The position numbers were made by a program, and so were the translations under genes. Positions 20,279 to 29,893 of a stretch of 41,253 bases of DNA are shown here, in pieces. The notes below the pieces were generated by a model. It was not told the origin of the DNA, searched no databases, and worked only from the letters and a program-made list of their open reading frames with translations. Origin of the DNA: a virus (taxonomy: Duplodnaviria > Heunggongvirae > Uroviricota > Caudoviricetes). Location: the IMG/VR virus record IMGVR_UViG_2563366955_000016; one strand, 5' to 3'. The stretch's first letter is position 1, and every line of letters begins with the position of its first letter.

Positions 20279-22036
20279 TTAAAGCGAACGGATGCCCACG
20301 CTGACCAGATGTTCAGACAGATCCAGCTCCGGTTCACCACCATTGACCAGCATCCGGCTCATTGCTGTAAACATCGCAACAGGGCCGTCGATTTTGGCTT
20401 CCAGCGTGGATTTATTCGGGAAGATATTGTCGTTTTTGTCCGGTTTTACCGTAACGTTAGACATCATCCAGTTCATGACCGGATGATTGCTGTGATGGAA
20501 ACGCCCGGCATAGACCAGTGATTCCGTTTCCTTCATGGCCTCTGACAGATTGCGAACCGTCTGCGGAACCTCCACCAGCGGTATCCCTTCTTCAGCCAGT
20601 GCCAGGCTGAACTGCATCGCGCTCCACGGGTCAAATCCCAGTTCCCTGAGGTTTTCACCACCAATCCATTCCAGTAAGTCACTTTTTATCTGAGCATGAT
20701 CGATAACATCACCATCCGTCAGAATCAGCTTATCCATCTCCGCCCACTTCCGGTAAAGTTCTGCCTGCTGCCGCGAGCATCGTTCCAGCCGTCCTTCCGG
20801 AAGCCAGAATTTAAAATCGGCATGAACATGCCCGTTATCCGTTCGCCAGAGTTTTGCCGCCGCACAGATATCAATCTTATGAGCAAGGTCAACGCCGACC
20901 CACATGGGATACGTTTTCAGCTCATGTCGTGGGGCAATGTATTCGCACTTCTCCCACTTAATCATGTCCATCCAGGCAGACTCTGCTGTTACCCACACAT
21001 TCATGTGTTTGGTAAAAAAATTCACCCGCGCAGAGACCTGTTCTTTCGCTTTTTTCGCCAGGCGACGCAGATCATCCCAGCGTTTACAGATGCCCAGGCC
21101 GGGATTCGCTTTCTGCCAGACCGTTTCATCAAACGGATCATCTCCCTCATCGAGGGTGTAAATAATCGCAAAGTAGGAGTCGTCTTTTACAGCGCCCTCC
21201 ACATCGCTGTTATAGCCACGCAATACCTTGATGGCGTAATCACGCTGCTCGTAACAAATCCCTTCCTTGTTAAACCCTGCCGTGGTGATACCAAATAACA
21301 GGGACTGCAGGCGGGCACCGGTTGCCGTTTCCAGAACGTCCCACACGTCGCGGGTTTTATGTGCATGCAGCTCATCAATAATGGCGCAGTGGATGTTCAG
21401 ACCATCCAGGTTGTTTGCATCCGAGGAAAGCGGTTCAAATTTTGATGCGCTCTGCTCCTGGTAAATCGCCAGCTTGTTGAAATCAAACAACCGCCCGAGT
21501 GTCGACCGGGCTTTTCTGACCATATTTTTGGCGTCTTCAAACACAATTCTGGCCTGGTCACGCGTGGTGGCGGCTGAATACACCTCAGCACCGCCTTCAC
21601 CATCTGCCCCCGTCATATACAGGCCGATACCCGATGACAGAGTTGATTTTGCGTTTTTACGGGCGACTTCGTTGTACGCCGTCCGGAACCGGCGCACCAT
21701 CACCGGACGTCCGCTGCCATCGCTGCGCATGACAACTTCCCCGGTCTCTTCATTCACCAGCGGAATGACAAAACCAAAAATATTAATGAGGATAAATACA
21801 TGCCAGTCCATCAGTTCAATGGGCTGGCCTGCCAGCGCCCCTTTTACATGAGGCACAAATTTGTAGAAATTCAGGATGTGCTGCGCACGGGGTTCACTGA
21901 AATAAATCCCCCGCTCTTCGCCGTACTTCAGATCATCAAGAAAACGCTGGCAGGCCAAGCGGACAAATTCGCCAGCAACAATTTCTCCTGCAACAACACG
22001 TTCGGCGTAGCGGATCCCGTCAGCCACTTTTGCCAT
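20279..22036 (-). CDS. terminase large subunit, 585 aa
   Basis: Size, position and terminase ATPase/nuclease architecture. Confidence 0.92.
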   Translation of the reverse strand: MAKVADGIRYAERVVAGEIVAGEFVRLACQRFLDDLKYGEERGIYFSEPRAQHILNFYKFVPHVKGALAGQPIELMDWHVFILINIFGFVIPLVNEETGEVVMRSDGSGRPVMVRRFRTAYNEVARKNAKSTLSSGIGLYMTGADGEGGAEVYSAATTRDQARIVFEDAKNMVRKARSTLGRLFDFNKLAIYQEQSASKFEPLSSDANNLDGLNIHCAIIDELHAHKTRDVWDVLETATGARLQSLLFGITTAGFNKEGICYEQRDYAIKVLRGYNSDVEGAVKDDSYFAIIYTLDEGDDPFDETVWQKANPGLGICKRWDDLRRLAKKAKEQVSARVNFFTKHMNVWVTAESAWMDMIKWEKCEYIAPRHELKTYPMWVGVDLAHKIDICAAAKLWRTDNGHVHADFKFWLPEGRLERCSRQQAELYRKWAEMDKLILTDGDVIDHAQIKSDLLEWIGGENLRELGFDPWSAMQFSLALAEEGIPLVEVPQTVRNLSEAMKETESLVYAGRFHHSNHPVMNWMMSNVTVKPDKNDNIFPNKSTLEAKIDGPVAMFTAMSRMLVNGGEPELDLSEHLVSVGIRSL

Positions 22037-22518
22037 CAGTCTCTCGCTTTTAAAAGCTCCGCCAGCGGATCAACATCATCCGGTCCGGCGATATTTACTT
22101 TAGCCCGGCTTGCCGGTGACATACCAAACTCTGCAAGCATTGCCCGGATCCGCTTCCAGGCATCCGCTTTCATTGCCGCCGCGGGGTGCGCCTTAATCAG
22201 TACATCACCGCTCTGCGTTTCCGTGCGGTAGGTATACCCCTCAACATCGAGTGTTTCGCAGTGATGCCGATATTCGGTGTAGGCTTCCACCAGCAACTCG
22301 AGCGCACGCGCATCAAGCTGAGAAATGATCCCTTCCGCATTCAGCTCTTCCGCCATTCGCCTGAACCAGTACTTCCCCTGAGCCCCTAAATGCTGCGGAA
22401 TTTTAGGAAGACCTTTTTCATCCTTTTTAGCGGTTTTTTTGTGGTCTTTAACGGGGCGCTTTGAGGGGTTGCCTCGAATCAAATGCAGGCGTGGCGGGGT
22501 TTTCGGAGGTCCTGACAT
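22036..22518 (-). CDS. terminase small subunit (P27 family), 160 aa
   Basis: Basic N-terminus and P27-like sequence; overlaps the TerL start. Confidence 0.85.
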   Translation of the reverse strand: MSGPPKTPPRLHLIRGNPSKRPVKDHKKTAKKDEKGLPKIPQHLGAQGKYWFRRMAEELNAEGIISQLDARALELLVEAYTEYRHHCETLDVEGYTYRTETQSGDVLIKAHPAAAMKADAWKRIRAMLAEFGMSPASRAKVNIAGPDDVDPLAELLKARD

Positions 22519-22666
22519 AATCGGTCTTACCTATCAATCGTTTGTTCACATTTCCAAAAAAAAGTTTTCGAACCTGCGGCGATATGAGGAAGGGTCAGGC
22601 GGCGGTACTGAGCAGCCAGGGTTGCAGAGATTTGACCCGCCCCTCCCCTACAGATGGGAACTGTTA

Positions 22667-23017
22667 TCAATTGATGCGTTCGCGCGCTGTTTTTGCTTTA
22701 TGACAGGGCCAGCACAGACTCTGCAGGTTACTGTCTGCATCCGTGCCACCATGAGCTTTCGGAATGATGTGGTCCACAGTTCTGGCTTCAACGGCTCTCC
22801 CATTGCGCAGGCAGTTCTGACACAGATGATTATCACGCTTCAGTATGCGCGCACGTATGGCATCCCATTTCGAGCCATAGCCACGCTGGTGGCGGCTCAG
22901 TCCGCGTTGATGCTGTACCCATCCTTCGCCACGATGTTTATCGCAGTAACCAGAACTGTCTGTGGTTGTACCTGCACATCCACGCTTACGGCAGGCGCGT
23001 GGGATTCGTGATGGCAT
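22667..23017 (-). CDS. HNH endonuclease (terminase-associated), 116 aa
   Basis: CQNCLRNG...DHIIPKAHGG...NLQSLCWPCHKAK HNH motif; sits immediately upstream of terS as in HK97-like phages. Confidence 0.88.
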   Translation of the reverse strand: MPSRIPRACRKRGCAGTTTDSSGYCDKHRGEGWVQHQRGLSRHQRGYGSKWDAIRARILKRDNHLCQNCLRNGRAVEARTVDHIIPKAHGGTDADSNLQSLCWPCHKAKTARERIN

Positions 23018-23024
23018 AAATACC

Positions 23025-23225
23025 TCACCCCCTGTTCAGTTGAATGACGGGCTGATTCTCGATATGTTCTGCTGTCAGTCTGAAAGTCACAGTGACTGTT
23101 GGTGGCTCGCCTCCGCGTGACTCTGTCCTGGCGGAAAGCTGCCCTTCCAGTAACTCACCATCAACTGCAATCCCATACCCTGCGAAATGTTTACCACGAT
23201 ACAGTTTAGCGGCCTGAAACTTCAT
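23025..23225 (-). CDS. hypothetical protein, 66 aa
   Basis: ORF with AGGAAGAG RBS; function unknown. Confidence 0.4.
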   Translation of the reverse strand: MKFQAAKLYRGKHFAGYGIAVDGELLEGQLSARTESRGGEPPTVTVTFRLTAEHIENQPVIQLNRG

Positions 23226-23469
23226 AACTCTTCCTTTTAGACATGTTAGACGTGAACCTGTCGCACGGCAGAGTCGCCGAAAGTTTACGGTTTACCCAGG
23301 CTCACAGCTGAAAGCCTTTCTTAGATGTGCACATGCGATATGCTTTGAATGAATTATTAAAAACTTTACTCTTTTTCAAAATTTCGTATCCTGGCTCGTT
23401 AATGTTAAAGAATTAAACGTAAGAAAGTAGTATGTTGAATCGCTTATATCAAAATACATAGGACTCAAA

Positions 23470-23955
23470 ATGCCAGAACTCGTTGATCCAACAGACTCAT
23501 TAATTAGTTTTCAATACGCCTTTTCTAATGGTCTGATTAAGCCTTCACCATGCATAGTTCACCCAAATATGAAGGTGCTTTTGGATGATGCAGAGGGTAC
23601 GCCACGGTTTACTTATGCATTCTTTGAAGGAGAAAATGTTAAAGGTGTTGCTATATATGTCCCTGCAGAGTTTGTTGAAGGTAAACCATGCTTTGGCGTT
23701 GGCTATGCAGTAGCCGATGAATATAAAGCGCAAGGCATCGGTACTCAACTTCTCATCGCCAGCATTGAAGAAATGCAATACGGATTTAGAAATTCCTTCA
23801 ATGAATTCTATGTAGAGGCTATTGTCGGGGTTGGTAATCAAGCCTCCAACAAATTAGCTGCAAAAGTTTTATCTGATACTCCTGAGCCAGGGACAGATTC
23901 TTACTCAGGAAAACCTATCAATCAGTACATGAAACTTTTCAAAACCACAAAATAA
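23470..23955 (+). CDS. GNAT-fold acetyltransferase-like protein, 161 aa (moron at the bor-equivalent locus)
   Basis: Only plus-strand gene in the late region; acetyl-CoA motif A-like QGIGTQLL after a beta-strand; AT-rich with own upstream region and downstream hairpin. Confidence 0.6.
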   Translation: MPELVDPTDSLISFQYAFSNGLIKPSPCIVHPNMKVLLDDAEGTPRFTYAFFEGENVKGVAIYVPAEFVEGKPCFGVGYAVADEYKAQGIGTQLLIASIEEMQYGFRNSFNEFYVEAIVGVGNQASNKLAAKVLSDTPEPGTDSYSGKPINQYMKLFKTTK

Positions 23956-23965
23956 CTACCATTCT

Positions 23966-23988
23966 GGCGCAGATTTTTGCGCCTTTTC
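23966..23988 (+). terminator. putative Rho-independent terminator of the GNAT-like gene
   Basis: GGCGC-AGATTTTT-GCGCC followed by TTTTC on the plus strand. Confidence 0.45.
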
Positions 23989-24133
23989 AGGTTTGCAGTT
24001 CACCTGCCACGCTTTGTTATGCACCTGAATGTCCCGCTTCGTCTGTTGCATTATCATAAGTAATAGCGTAGGTTGACACCTTGGCTCTCTTTCGCCACCG
24101 GCGAATCTTTAGCGGATTATCCTTGGCCGTTTT

Positions 24134-24616
24134 TTATCTGAGACATTGCTCACGAATGTATAGCTGTGCCCCTTCCAGTTGCTTCTGCATCGTCATCAAC
24201 CGTTCTCTGAGGGTGAAATAATCCCGTTCAGCGGTGTCTGCCAGTCGGGGGCTGGTTGCATTATCCACGCTGGTGGGTCCGGTGGCTTCACGCACGGCTG
24301 CGGAGCAACTGGCATTGACCCGCAGGCGCTTACGACCAGCGGCAACATCAGCGCGCAGAGTTTCATTTTCAGCTTTCGCATTGGCTAATTCTCTCGAGTA
24401 CTTTGCATCGAGCGCAGCAACATCACGCTGACGCTGTTGCATGTCAGCGATGGTGGCAGTCGCCTGCTTCAGCTCACTGACTTTTTTATCACGCTGTTCT
24501 TTGTAGGCGATGGCGTTATCACGGTAATGATTGACCGCCCACGACAGGCAGACGATGGTGCAGATAACCAGAGTATAAATAATCGCTGCGACTCTGCTCA
24601 CTGATCTATCCCCCAA
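24134..24616 (-). CDS. Rz: Rz i-spanin, 160 aa
   Basis: N-terminal TM helix, coiled-coil periplasmic domain; follows the endolysin. Confidence 0.88.
   Translation of the reverse strand: MGDRSVSRVAAIIYTLVICTIVCLSWAVNHYRDNAIAYKEQRDKKVSELKQATATIADMQQRQRDVAALDAKYSRELANAKAENETLRADVAAGRKRLRVNASCSAAVREATGPTSVDNATSPRLADTAERDYFTLRERLMTMQKQLEGAQLYIREQCLR
24196..24381 (-). CDS. Rz1: Rz1 o-spanin lipoprotein embedded in Rz (+1 frame)
   Basis: Lipobox LVVSAC and Pro-rich mature region; fully nested in Rz; true start probably the internal MKLCALM. Confidence 0.8.
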   Translation of the reverse strand: MRKLKMKLCALMLPLVVSACGSMPVAPQPCVKPPDPPAWIMQPAPDWQTPLNGIISPSENG

Positions 24617-25131
24617 CAGGCTAATGCGCTTTCCTGGTCACGACGAATAACCTGTCCATAGCAGTTATTTGAACGTATGCGGCAATCGCGCCCACCATCT
24701 TTTATCCACCAGCGAATCGCCTCGCATGCGCCCTTACGATCACCGGCATTCAGCCGCTTATAAAACGTCGACGGGAAACACTTACCGGGGCCAATGTTAT
24801 AGGGACAGAATGACGCTATACCCGCTTTCTGTGGTTCGGTCAGTGGTACTTTAATATTGCGCTCCACCCATGCCAGCGCCTTATCACGTTCAATAGCGTT
24901 AACCTGGTCGCATTTTTCCTTCGACAGCTTCATTCCCGGTATGACGGGCTTACCATCCACCATTGTGGCACCACGACAGATGGTCCATATACCGGAACCA
25001 TCGCGGTATGCCGTAGTGTGGTTACCCTCTTTTTCATCCAGAAACTGGTCAAGTATTTGAGGAGCAGACGCGCCTGCAGCAATCAGCGCCAGAACAGCAG
25101 CTGACAGGCCGTATTTGATTTTTGCGCTCAT
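24598..25131 (-). CDS. R: SAR endolysin (T4-lysozyme-like, phage 21 R type), 177 aa
   Basis: N-terminal signal-anchor-release helix; catalytic E-x8-D-x5-T triad ([16 protein letters not shown]). Confidence 0.9.
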   Translation of the reverse strand: MSAKIKYGLSAAVLALIAAGASAPQILDQFLDEKEGNHTTAYRDGSGIWTICRGATMVDGKPVIPGMKLSKEKCDQVNAIERDKALAWVERNIKVPLTEPQKAGIASFCPYNIGPGKCFPSTFYKRLNAGDRKGACEAIRWWIKDGGRDCRIRSNNCYGQVIRRDQESALACWGIDQ

Positions 25132-25186
25132 GGATATTTATCAGGATGCTACCAATGAAAGATACTGGAAAGCCAACTGCAAAAAG

Positions 25187-25501
25187 CTAACAACCTGTAA
25201 TCGAGTTATCAGAACTGTTAATTTTTATGGTATACCGCGCCTCTGAACAGGGGCGCGTTTCTGGCAACAGCTCGTCCCCTTCACATAACCCGGCAGCAAC
25301 ATCCAGGAAGACCTGTCTGATGCTCCTTCTGGCTGCTGCCTCATAAAACTCCAGCGCGGCACCTTCAACACGGTCCAGCGAGATGTCCAAGCCAAAAATT
25401 TCACCGTCAAAGCGTTTTTTGTCCCGTAACGCTAAAGTTACCGTAACTTTATTCTCAAAATTGCGGATCCCTTTCACAATCAGTTCATAGTTTTGAGTCA
25501 T
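25187..25501 (-). CDS. hypothetical protein inserted between holin and endolysin, 104 aa
   Basis: ORF occupying the S-R junction; no recognised motif. Confidence 0.5.
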   Translation of the reverse strand: MTQNYELIVKGIRNFENKVTVTLALRDKKRFDGEIFGLDISLDRVEGAALEFYEAAARRSIRQVFLDVAAGLCEGDELLPETRPCSEARYTIKINSSDNSITGC

Positions 25502-25505
25502 TGAA

Positions 25506-25721
25506 TTACTCTCCCCGTGCAGCCTTACGCTTGTCTTCTCTGATTTTGAAGTACAGATTTGTCAGATAAGTCAGGAAGCCCAGAACCAGACTCCCCAGTA
25601 CACCAATCGCAGCCCACTGTGACGGACTGACCTGATCAAGCCACTGTAAAAACCAGTAGCCAGCACTGCCTGCGGAGGTGCCGTAGGCAATGCCCGTTGA
25701 AATTTTGTCCATGGATTTCAT
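25506..25721 (-). CDS. S: class II pinholin (S21-like), 71 aa
   Basis: [27 protein letters not shown] with dual-start motif (MKSM / MDKI) and two TM helices, as in phage 21 S. Confidence 0.88.
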   Translation of the reverse strand: MKSMDKISTGIAYGTSAGSAGYWFLQWLDQVSPSQWAAIGVLGSLVLGFLTYLTNLYFKIREDKRKAARGE

Positions 25722-26013
25722 AGCCTCACCTCCGCAAATAACGGATGGCGTAGTTTTACACTGAGAAATGAAAGGGATTTGAAAAGAAAAAACCGCAAAA
25801 GCGGGCGAAACGATATATACAGAAAGGAAAGCACTCTATCCAACAAACCACCCACAGTTAATCGGAATAAAAGCAGAGTGCTTATGAATGATCGCCTGCC
25901 CGAAGGTTAGTATTTCTGCACAGCAATTTTGCAAAAAAAGGCGATCATTCATAACTTAAACGTCTTTCAGTCACTCCGGGATTTCCCATCATCGCAGACT
26001 GAAAGACTCTAAC

Positions 26014-26088
<75 letters not shown>

Positions 26089-26091
26089 ATA

Positions 26092-26167
<76 letters not shown>

Positions 26168-26169
26168 AC

Positions 26170-26246
26170 TGGACCGCCACCGGGGACTCGAACCTCGCAC
26201 ACTCAACTTAAAGGGTTGACGCTCTTTCCTGATGAGCTAGTGGCGG
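26170..26246 (-). tRNA. tRNA-like gene with non-canonical anticodon loop CCUUUAA (UUU at positions 34-36, C at 33); isotype uncertain
   Basis: Perfect 7-bp acceptor (CCGCCAC/GTGGCGG) with C1:G72, D-arm, perfect anticodon stem TCAAC/GTTGA, T-loop TTCGAGT, encoded CCA; C33 and a T-stem A:C mismatch are atypical. Confidence 0.5.
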
Positions 26247-26247
26247 C

Positions 26248-26323
26248 TGGTGGCCCTTGCTGGATTTGAACCAGCGACCTGGCGATTATGAGTCGCTCGC
26301 TCTCACCACTGAGCTAAAGGGCC
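26248..26323 (-). tRNA. tRNA with CAU anticodon, ileX-like (tRNA-Ile2, lysidine) or elongator Met
   Basis: Hand-folded cloverleaf: GGCCCTT acceptor, anticodon loop CTCATAA, T-loop TTCAAAT, encoded CCA; close to the E. coli ileX sequence as I recall it. Confidence 0.75.
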
Positions 26324-26423
26324 GGGCGCAGGATAATAACGTTACGAAATCAATGTTGCAAGCATTCAAAAATCACCCTTATCTCCTCCACCAGCGCATT
26401 CACCATGTCTATCCGAGATAAGT

Positions 26424-26454
26424 GGCACAAAAAACCCGCTTGTGGGCGGGTTTT
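26424..26454 (-). terminator. tR'-like Rho-independent terminator downstream of the late promoter region
   Basis: Minus strand CCCGCCCACAAGCGGG followed by UUUUUUGUGCC, between the Q-like gene and the tRNA array. Confidence 0.6.
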
Positions 26455-26517
26455 GTTTGCTTTTGCCATCACGTACAAAATCGGCAAAATATCAGATTTG
26501 CATGAAATATATGCCTT

Positions 26518-27213
26518 TCAATCTACTTTTGCAACACTTTGCTTTGAAAATGCCGCCTTTTGTTTTGAACGTGTTCTCATTACAAACAATAAAGCCTCAC
26601 TATCAAGTCGGTGAAAAATGTGTTTCATTGCAACCCAGTGACGAGTAAATGTTTTGGACCAGTTTTTAGTTGTCACTCCCGCCAGTAATGCCAGCTCCTG
26701 GTATTCATAACCTTCCCCACCAAAAAGTTCTGCTTTTACTGCCTGCGCCGCCAGCCAGATTAATTTTTTCAGGCGTTCCTGCGTTTTCCCTGCAATTTTT
26801 CTGGTACCGGATTGAGTATTAAATTCATTCCACGCCCACTGTGTTATCGCGATCTGATATTCCCAACAAATACTCCCGCTGTAACACCACAACAACCAGG
26901 CTTTATGATGTTCTTCAAGAGACAGAACTGCCCGTCGCCATGATGATGTCGAAAACTCAACCTGACTTACCAGAGCAATTGATGAGCCTTTCGCCAGTGA
27001 TTGTTTTCCCGGTATCGGTGGACTATCCCGCGTTATCATTCTTCCAGTCACTTCATCGCGGTACCGGATTTTTTTACGCCTGTAACGCCCTGTATCAAAC
27101 ATGGCATTCTCCTGCCAGGCTTCAAGCTGACCTTTTGTTGCCCCACTCAAATCAGCGGTAGCGATAATGAGCTGCTCACGCACAAACTGTAAATACTGGT
27201 TATTCATGCGCAC
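26518..27213 (-). CDS. late-gene antiterminator Q-like protein, 231 aa
   Basis: Positional: immediately downstream of rusA and upstream of the tR'-like terminator and lysis genes; no motif confirmed. Confidence 0.55.
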   Translation of the reverse strand: MRMNNQYLQFVREQLIIATADLSGATKGQLEAWQENAMFDTGRYRRKKIRYRDEVTGRMITRDSPPIPGKQSLAKGSSIALVSQVEFSTSSWRRAVLSLEEHHKAWLLWCYSGSICWEYQIAITQWAWNEFNTQSGTRKIAGKTQERLKKLIWLAAQAVKAELFGGEGYEYQELALLAGVTTKNWSKTFTRHWVAMKHIFHRLDSEALLFVMRTRSKQKAAFSKQSVAKVD

Positions 27214-27563
27214 TCCAGTTCTGTGATTTTTATCCCCAGCCGACCACCAGGAACAGGCAGTCCGCGCACAATATTGATTTCATCAAACTGCTCGTCGTCT
27301 ATGAGAAGTCCGGCATGCGTCAGCGCATCCAGTGGTGCCTTCAGGATATTGTCCAGGTCGCGGCGGCGCTTATCCGGTGGCTCTGCAATAATTTTTATTG
27401 CCAGCCTTCCGGACAGGTTTAATTTCAACCGCTGCTGGCGAACAATTAGTGCCACATCACGGCGATAACGCTCACCGACTTTTGATACAAAATATGTGTT
27501 GCCACGACGTCGCCAGTAAGTATTCACCGTCGGCGGATAAGGCAAAACAAACTCTATACGCAT
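27204..27563 (-). CDS. rusA: crossover junction endodeoxyribonuclease RusA, 119 aa
   Basis: YPPTVNTYWRRRG...PDKRRRDLDNILKAPLDALTHAGLLIDDEQ matches RusA catalytic-core signatures. Confidence 0.88.
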   Translation of the reverse strand: MRIEFVLPYPPTVNTYWRRRGNTYFVSKVGERYRRDVALIVRQQRLKLNLSGRLAIKIIAEPPDKRRRDLDNILKAPLDALTHAGLLIDDEQFDEINIVRGLPVPGGRLGIKITELECA

Positions 27564-27575
27564 CAGTAACCTCTT

Positions 27576-28697
27576 TTACCCGAGCACGCCGGTTGCAAAG
27601 GCGTGATCAAGAAAACGAAAAATTAAATCAACCTGGGAACCATGCTTTTCTTCGAACGCCAGCGGATCCGCATGAAGTTCGTTGTGATGTTCCCGGCACA
27701 ACGGTAGCGTGAAAATATCGTGGGCCTTTGTTCCCATCCCTCCCTGACCGTGACCAATCAGGTGATGGGGATCGTCGGCTGGCTGACCACAACACGCACA
27801 CGGCTGTGTCTTCACCCAGCGCGTATATTTCTCATTTACCCAACGGCGACGTTTAGGTCGCCTCATGAAAGATTCCGGAGACTCCGGATCAACGGTGATG
27901 CATACCACCGTCTTTTCCTGTGGTGGGTTCTGTTGCTGGTGGGCATGAGGCAACGGCGCAAGATTTTTTGTGCGCTGCTTCAGTATGCTGGTGGCGGTCT
28001 GCTCTCCCGGTACGATGTCGCTTTCGCGGTACAAGGAGCGGATTTTTTCCGCACGTAACCCCAGAGAACGACGTAATACTGCCTCCGGAAGCGCGTCCGC
28101 CACCTGATTGCAGACCGCCCACCAGGATAATTCAGCCAGCGACAATTCCCGCTCCTGCGTGCCATTCATTGCATGGCGTATGACGTCAATCATCCATGCT
28201 GACAGGTTTTGATGAGCAAGTTGCCCGAGTGATTCGGATGTCTGGTCACGCAACTGGTTGTCGCAGTGCCAGCACAACACCATCGCGCCGGTACCGTAAC
28301 GATGTATGACGATTTCACTGTGATGATAGTCACCATGAGGCCACTGGCAGGATTTGACATGACGCAACAGCCAGTCAGACAGTGCCCCAGCGCCGCCAGC
28401 AGCACGAATCACCCGCTCATCGCTGAAAAATGGCAGTAATGATTTATCCTCCGCCAGCGGCTGGCGAACGGCAGGGACGACTCCGGACGGCAGACCGCGC
28501 ATGCTTTTCGGTTCAGGCTCCACCAGCACTCGAGGGTTATGAAATACTTGCATGGATTCACGGCCCGGCCTAAGGACCACCAGCCCGAGTTCCGGTACCA
28601 GAACAGGTCGAAGTAATATCCGCACGTTACCTCCAGATCCGTTGCTGGTATGTGCGGGATGGGCGCGGTGGGCGTTCGGAATAAGGGAGCCTGACAT
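27576..28697 (-). CDS. DUF968-family (YdfU-like) nin-region protein
   Basis: C-terminal Cys/His-rich segment CACCGQPADDPHHLIGHGQGG...CREHHNELH typical of lambdoid DUF968 proteins; 5' end overlaps the upstream ORF so the true start is probably internal. Confidence 0.65.
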   Translation of the reverse strand: MSGSLIPNAHRAHPAHTSNGSGGNVRILLRPVLVPELGLVVLRPGRESMQVFHNPRVLVEPEPKSMRGLPSGVVPAVRQPLAEDKSLLPFFSDERVIRAAGGAGALSDWLLRHVKSCQWPHGDYHHSEIVIHRYGTGAMVLCWHCDNQLRDQTSESLGQLAHQNLSAWMIDVIRHAMNGTQERELSLAELSWWAVCNQVADALPEAVLRRSLGLRAEKIRSLYRESDIVPGEQTATSILKQRTKNLAPLPHAHQQQNPPQEKTVVCITVDPESPESFMRRPKRRRWVNEKYTRWVKTQPCACCGQPADDPHHLIGHGQGGMGTKAHDIFTLPLCREHHNELHADPLAFEEKHGSQVDLIFRFLDHAFATGVLG

Positions 28698-28905
28698 AGA
28701 TTATCCAGTGACGATAATCGAGGCTGAGGGCTTTCTTAATCTCGTATCCGCGTCTGCGATAGTTATGAATTAGCCATTCGGCCTGTTCTTCAGTACATGG
28801 GTCATGCTGGAACCAGTCAGATTTGAAAGTGCGGGAACGCCGCCCGTGCCTGCTGGCAAAGACGGCAGAATCATCAGAATTGTGTAATTTGGTATCGTGC
28901 GCCAT
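28627..28905 (-). CDS. hypothetical nin-region protein, about 92 aa
   Basis: ORF; start set at an internal Met; function unknown. Confidence 0.4.
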   Translation of the reverse strand: MAHDTKLHNSDDSAVFASRHGRRSRTFKSDWFQHDPCTEEQAEWLIHNYRRRGYEIKKALSLDYRHWIIYVRLPYSERPPRPSRTYQQRIWR

Positions 28906-28990
28906 CGGTTGTCTCTGCTGGCGCAGCAGGTGCCAGTTGTTCAGGCTGGCGTGCGAATTGTAAACCAGAATGCCAGGAAAAAACAAAACC

Positions 28991-29008
28991 CGCCGAAGCG
29001 GGTATGCT
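28991..29008 (-). terminator. Rho-independent terminator with UUCG tetraloop downstream of the lipoprotein gene
   Basis: Minus strand ACCCGC-UUCG-GCGGGU followed by UUUUGUUUUUU. Confidence 0.6.
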
Positions 29009-29201
29009 AAAACAAACTGAAAGTAATATACCGGACTTGTAAAGGAACGATAGAATAATTATTGGATTAAACCCTGACTCAATCCAGATTTCATAGGCAA
29101 CAACTACGGACTAATCATCACAGTCATGTTTGATAGACTTAGTCCACATTGGGTGAGGGTTTACGGCGTTTTCACTAATAATTTATCGTCCAAGCTATAC
29201 A

Positions 29202-29594
29202 CTACTGCCCTGTTTTAACGAAGTTTTTAAAGGAAACAACTGCCTGATAGGGGTTTGGTTGACAGCCAAACATATTATCGCAAAAAGGCTTGATGAAAAT
29301 TCTTGAGGATCCATCTTCATTTGGCATTTTACTCACCTGATAAGCGAGGAATGGACTATTTGGAGAGGGATTATAAGTGGAAATTAGCGTGTCTGTCGCC
29401 GTTTGAATTTTCCATGAGGAATTATTAGCCAACCAGAATTGCGCTCGTTTCCAATAAAAGTCACATTGCTTTTCATCATTACATGTTAGTGGCTTCATTG
29501 CTTCTGCTTTCAACGCTGGATCGACCTTTGCTGCACACCCTCCCAACATTACTGTTGCAATCATTACACCTGCGACTAAAACAAGTTTCTTCAT
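29202..29594 (-). CDS. secreted lipoprotein, 130 aa (moron)
   Basis: Signal peptide with lipobox MLGGC, six further Cys, AT-rich codon usage, own downstream terminator. Confidence 0.7.
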   Translation of the reverse strand: MKKLVLVAGVMIATVMLGGCAAKVDPALKAEAMKPLTCNDEKQCDFYWKRAQFWLANNSSWKIQTATDTLISTYNPSPNSPFLAYQVSKMPNEDGSSRIFIKPFCDNMFGCQPNPYQAVVSFKNFVKTGQ

Positions 29595-29657
29595 CTCCCT
29601 GCCCCATCAATAAAAGTTCGGTTCTCTAATAACTAGAGTTAATCAACGGAAAAAACG

Positions 29658-29673
29658 CCGAAGCGGGTTAAGT
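29658..29673 (-). terminator. Rho-independent terminator with UUCG tetraloop downstream of hok
   Basis: Minus strand CCCGC-UUCG-GCG followed by a U-run; same hairpin core as at 28991 and 13829. Confidence 0.5.
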
Positions 29674-29737
29674 GCGGGTGCGTTGAGGATGCCTGACACA
29701 TCAGAGGTGGCGAGGGATTTCTCCCCCGCCAGGTCTC

Positions 29738-29893
29738 TTACTCCTCAGGTTCGTAAGCTGTGAAGACAGCGACCTCCGTCTGGCCGGTTCGGATTCGTAC
29801 CTCGCAGAGGTCTTTCCTCGTTACCAGTGCCGTCACAATGACGGTTAAACAGATGACGATCAGGGCGATTAACATCGCCTTTTGCTGCTTCAT
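29738..29893 (-). CDS. hokD: Hok/Gef-family type I toxin (HokD/RelF-like), 51 aa
   Basis: MKQQKAMLIALIVICLTVIVTALVTRKDLCEVRIRTGQTEVAVFTAYEPEE: single TM helix plus conserved C-terminal Hok motif; AAGGAG RBS upstream; track ORF 29738..29950 has an in-frame upstream extension. Confidence 0.85.
   Translation of the reverse strand: MKQQKAMLIALIVICLTVIVTALVTRKDLCEVRIRTGQTEVAVFTAYEPEE

Noticed and set aside
23226-23469. Search for a small antitoxin gene upstream of the GNAT-like gene
   Set aside because: Only 22-aa or shorter ATG-initiated reading frames on the plus strand upstream, and nothing downstream before Rz; a two-gene GNAT toxin-antitoxin arrangement is not supported
25722-26013. Search for Shiga toxin or other toxin ORFs between the tRNA array and the holin
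   Set aside because: No ORF of 60 aa or more on either strand in this 290-bp interval; too short for stxAB
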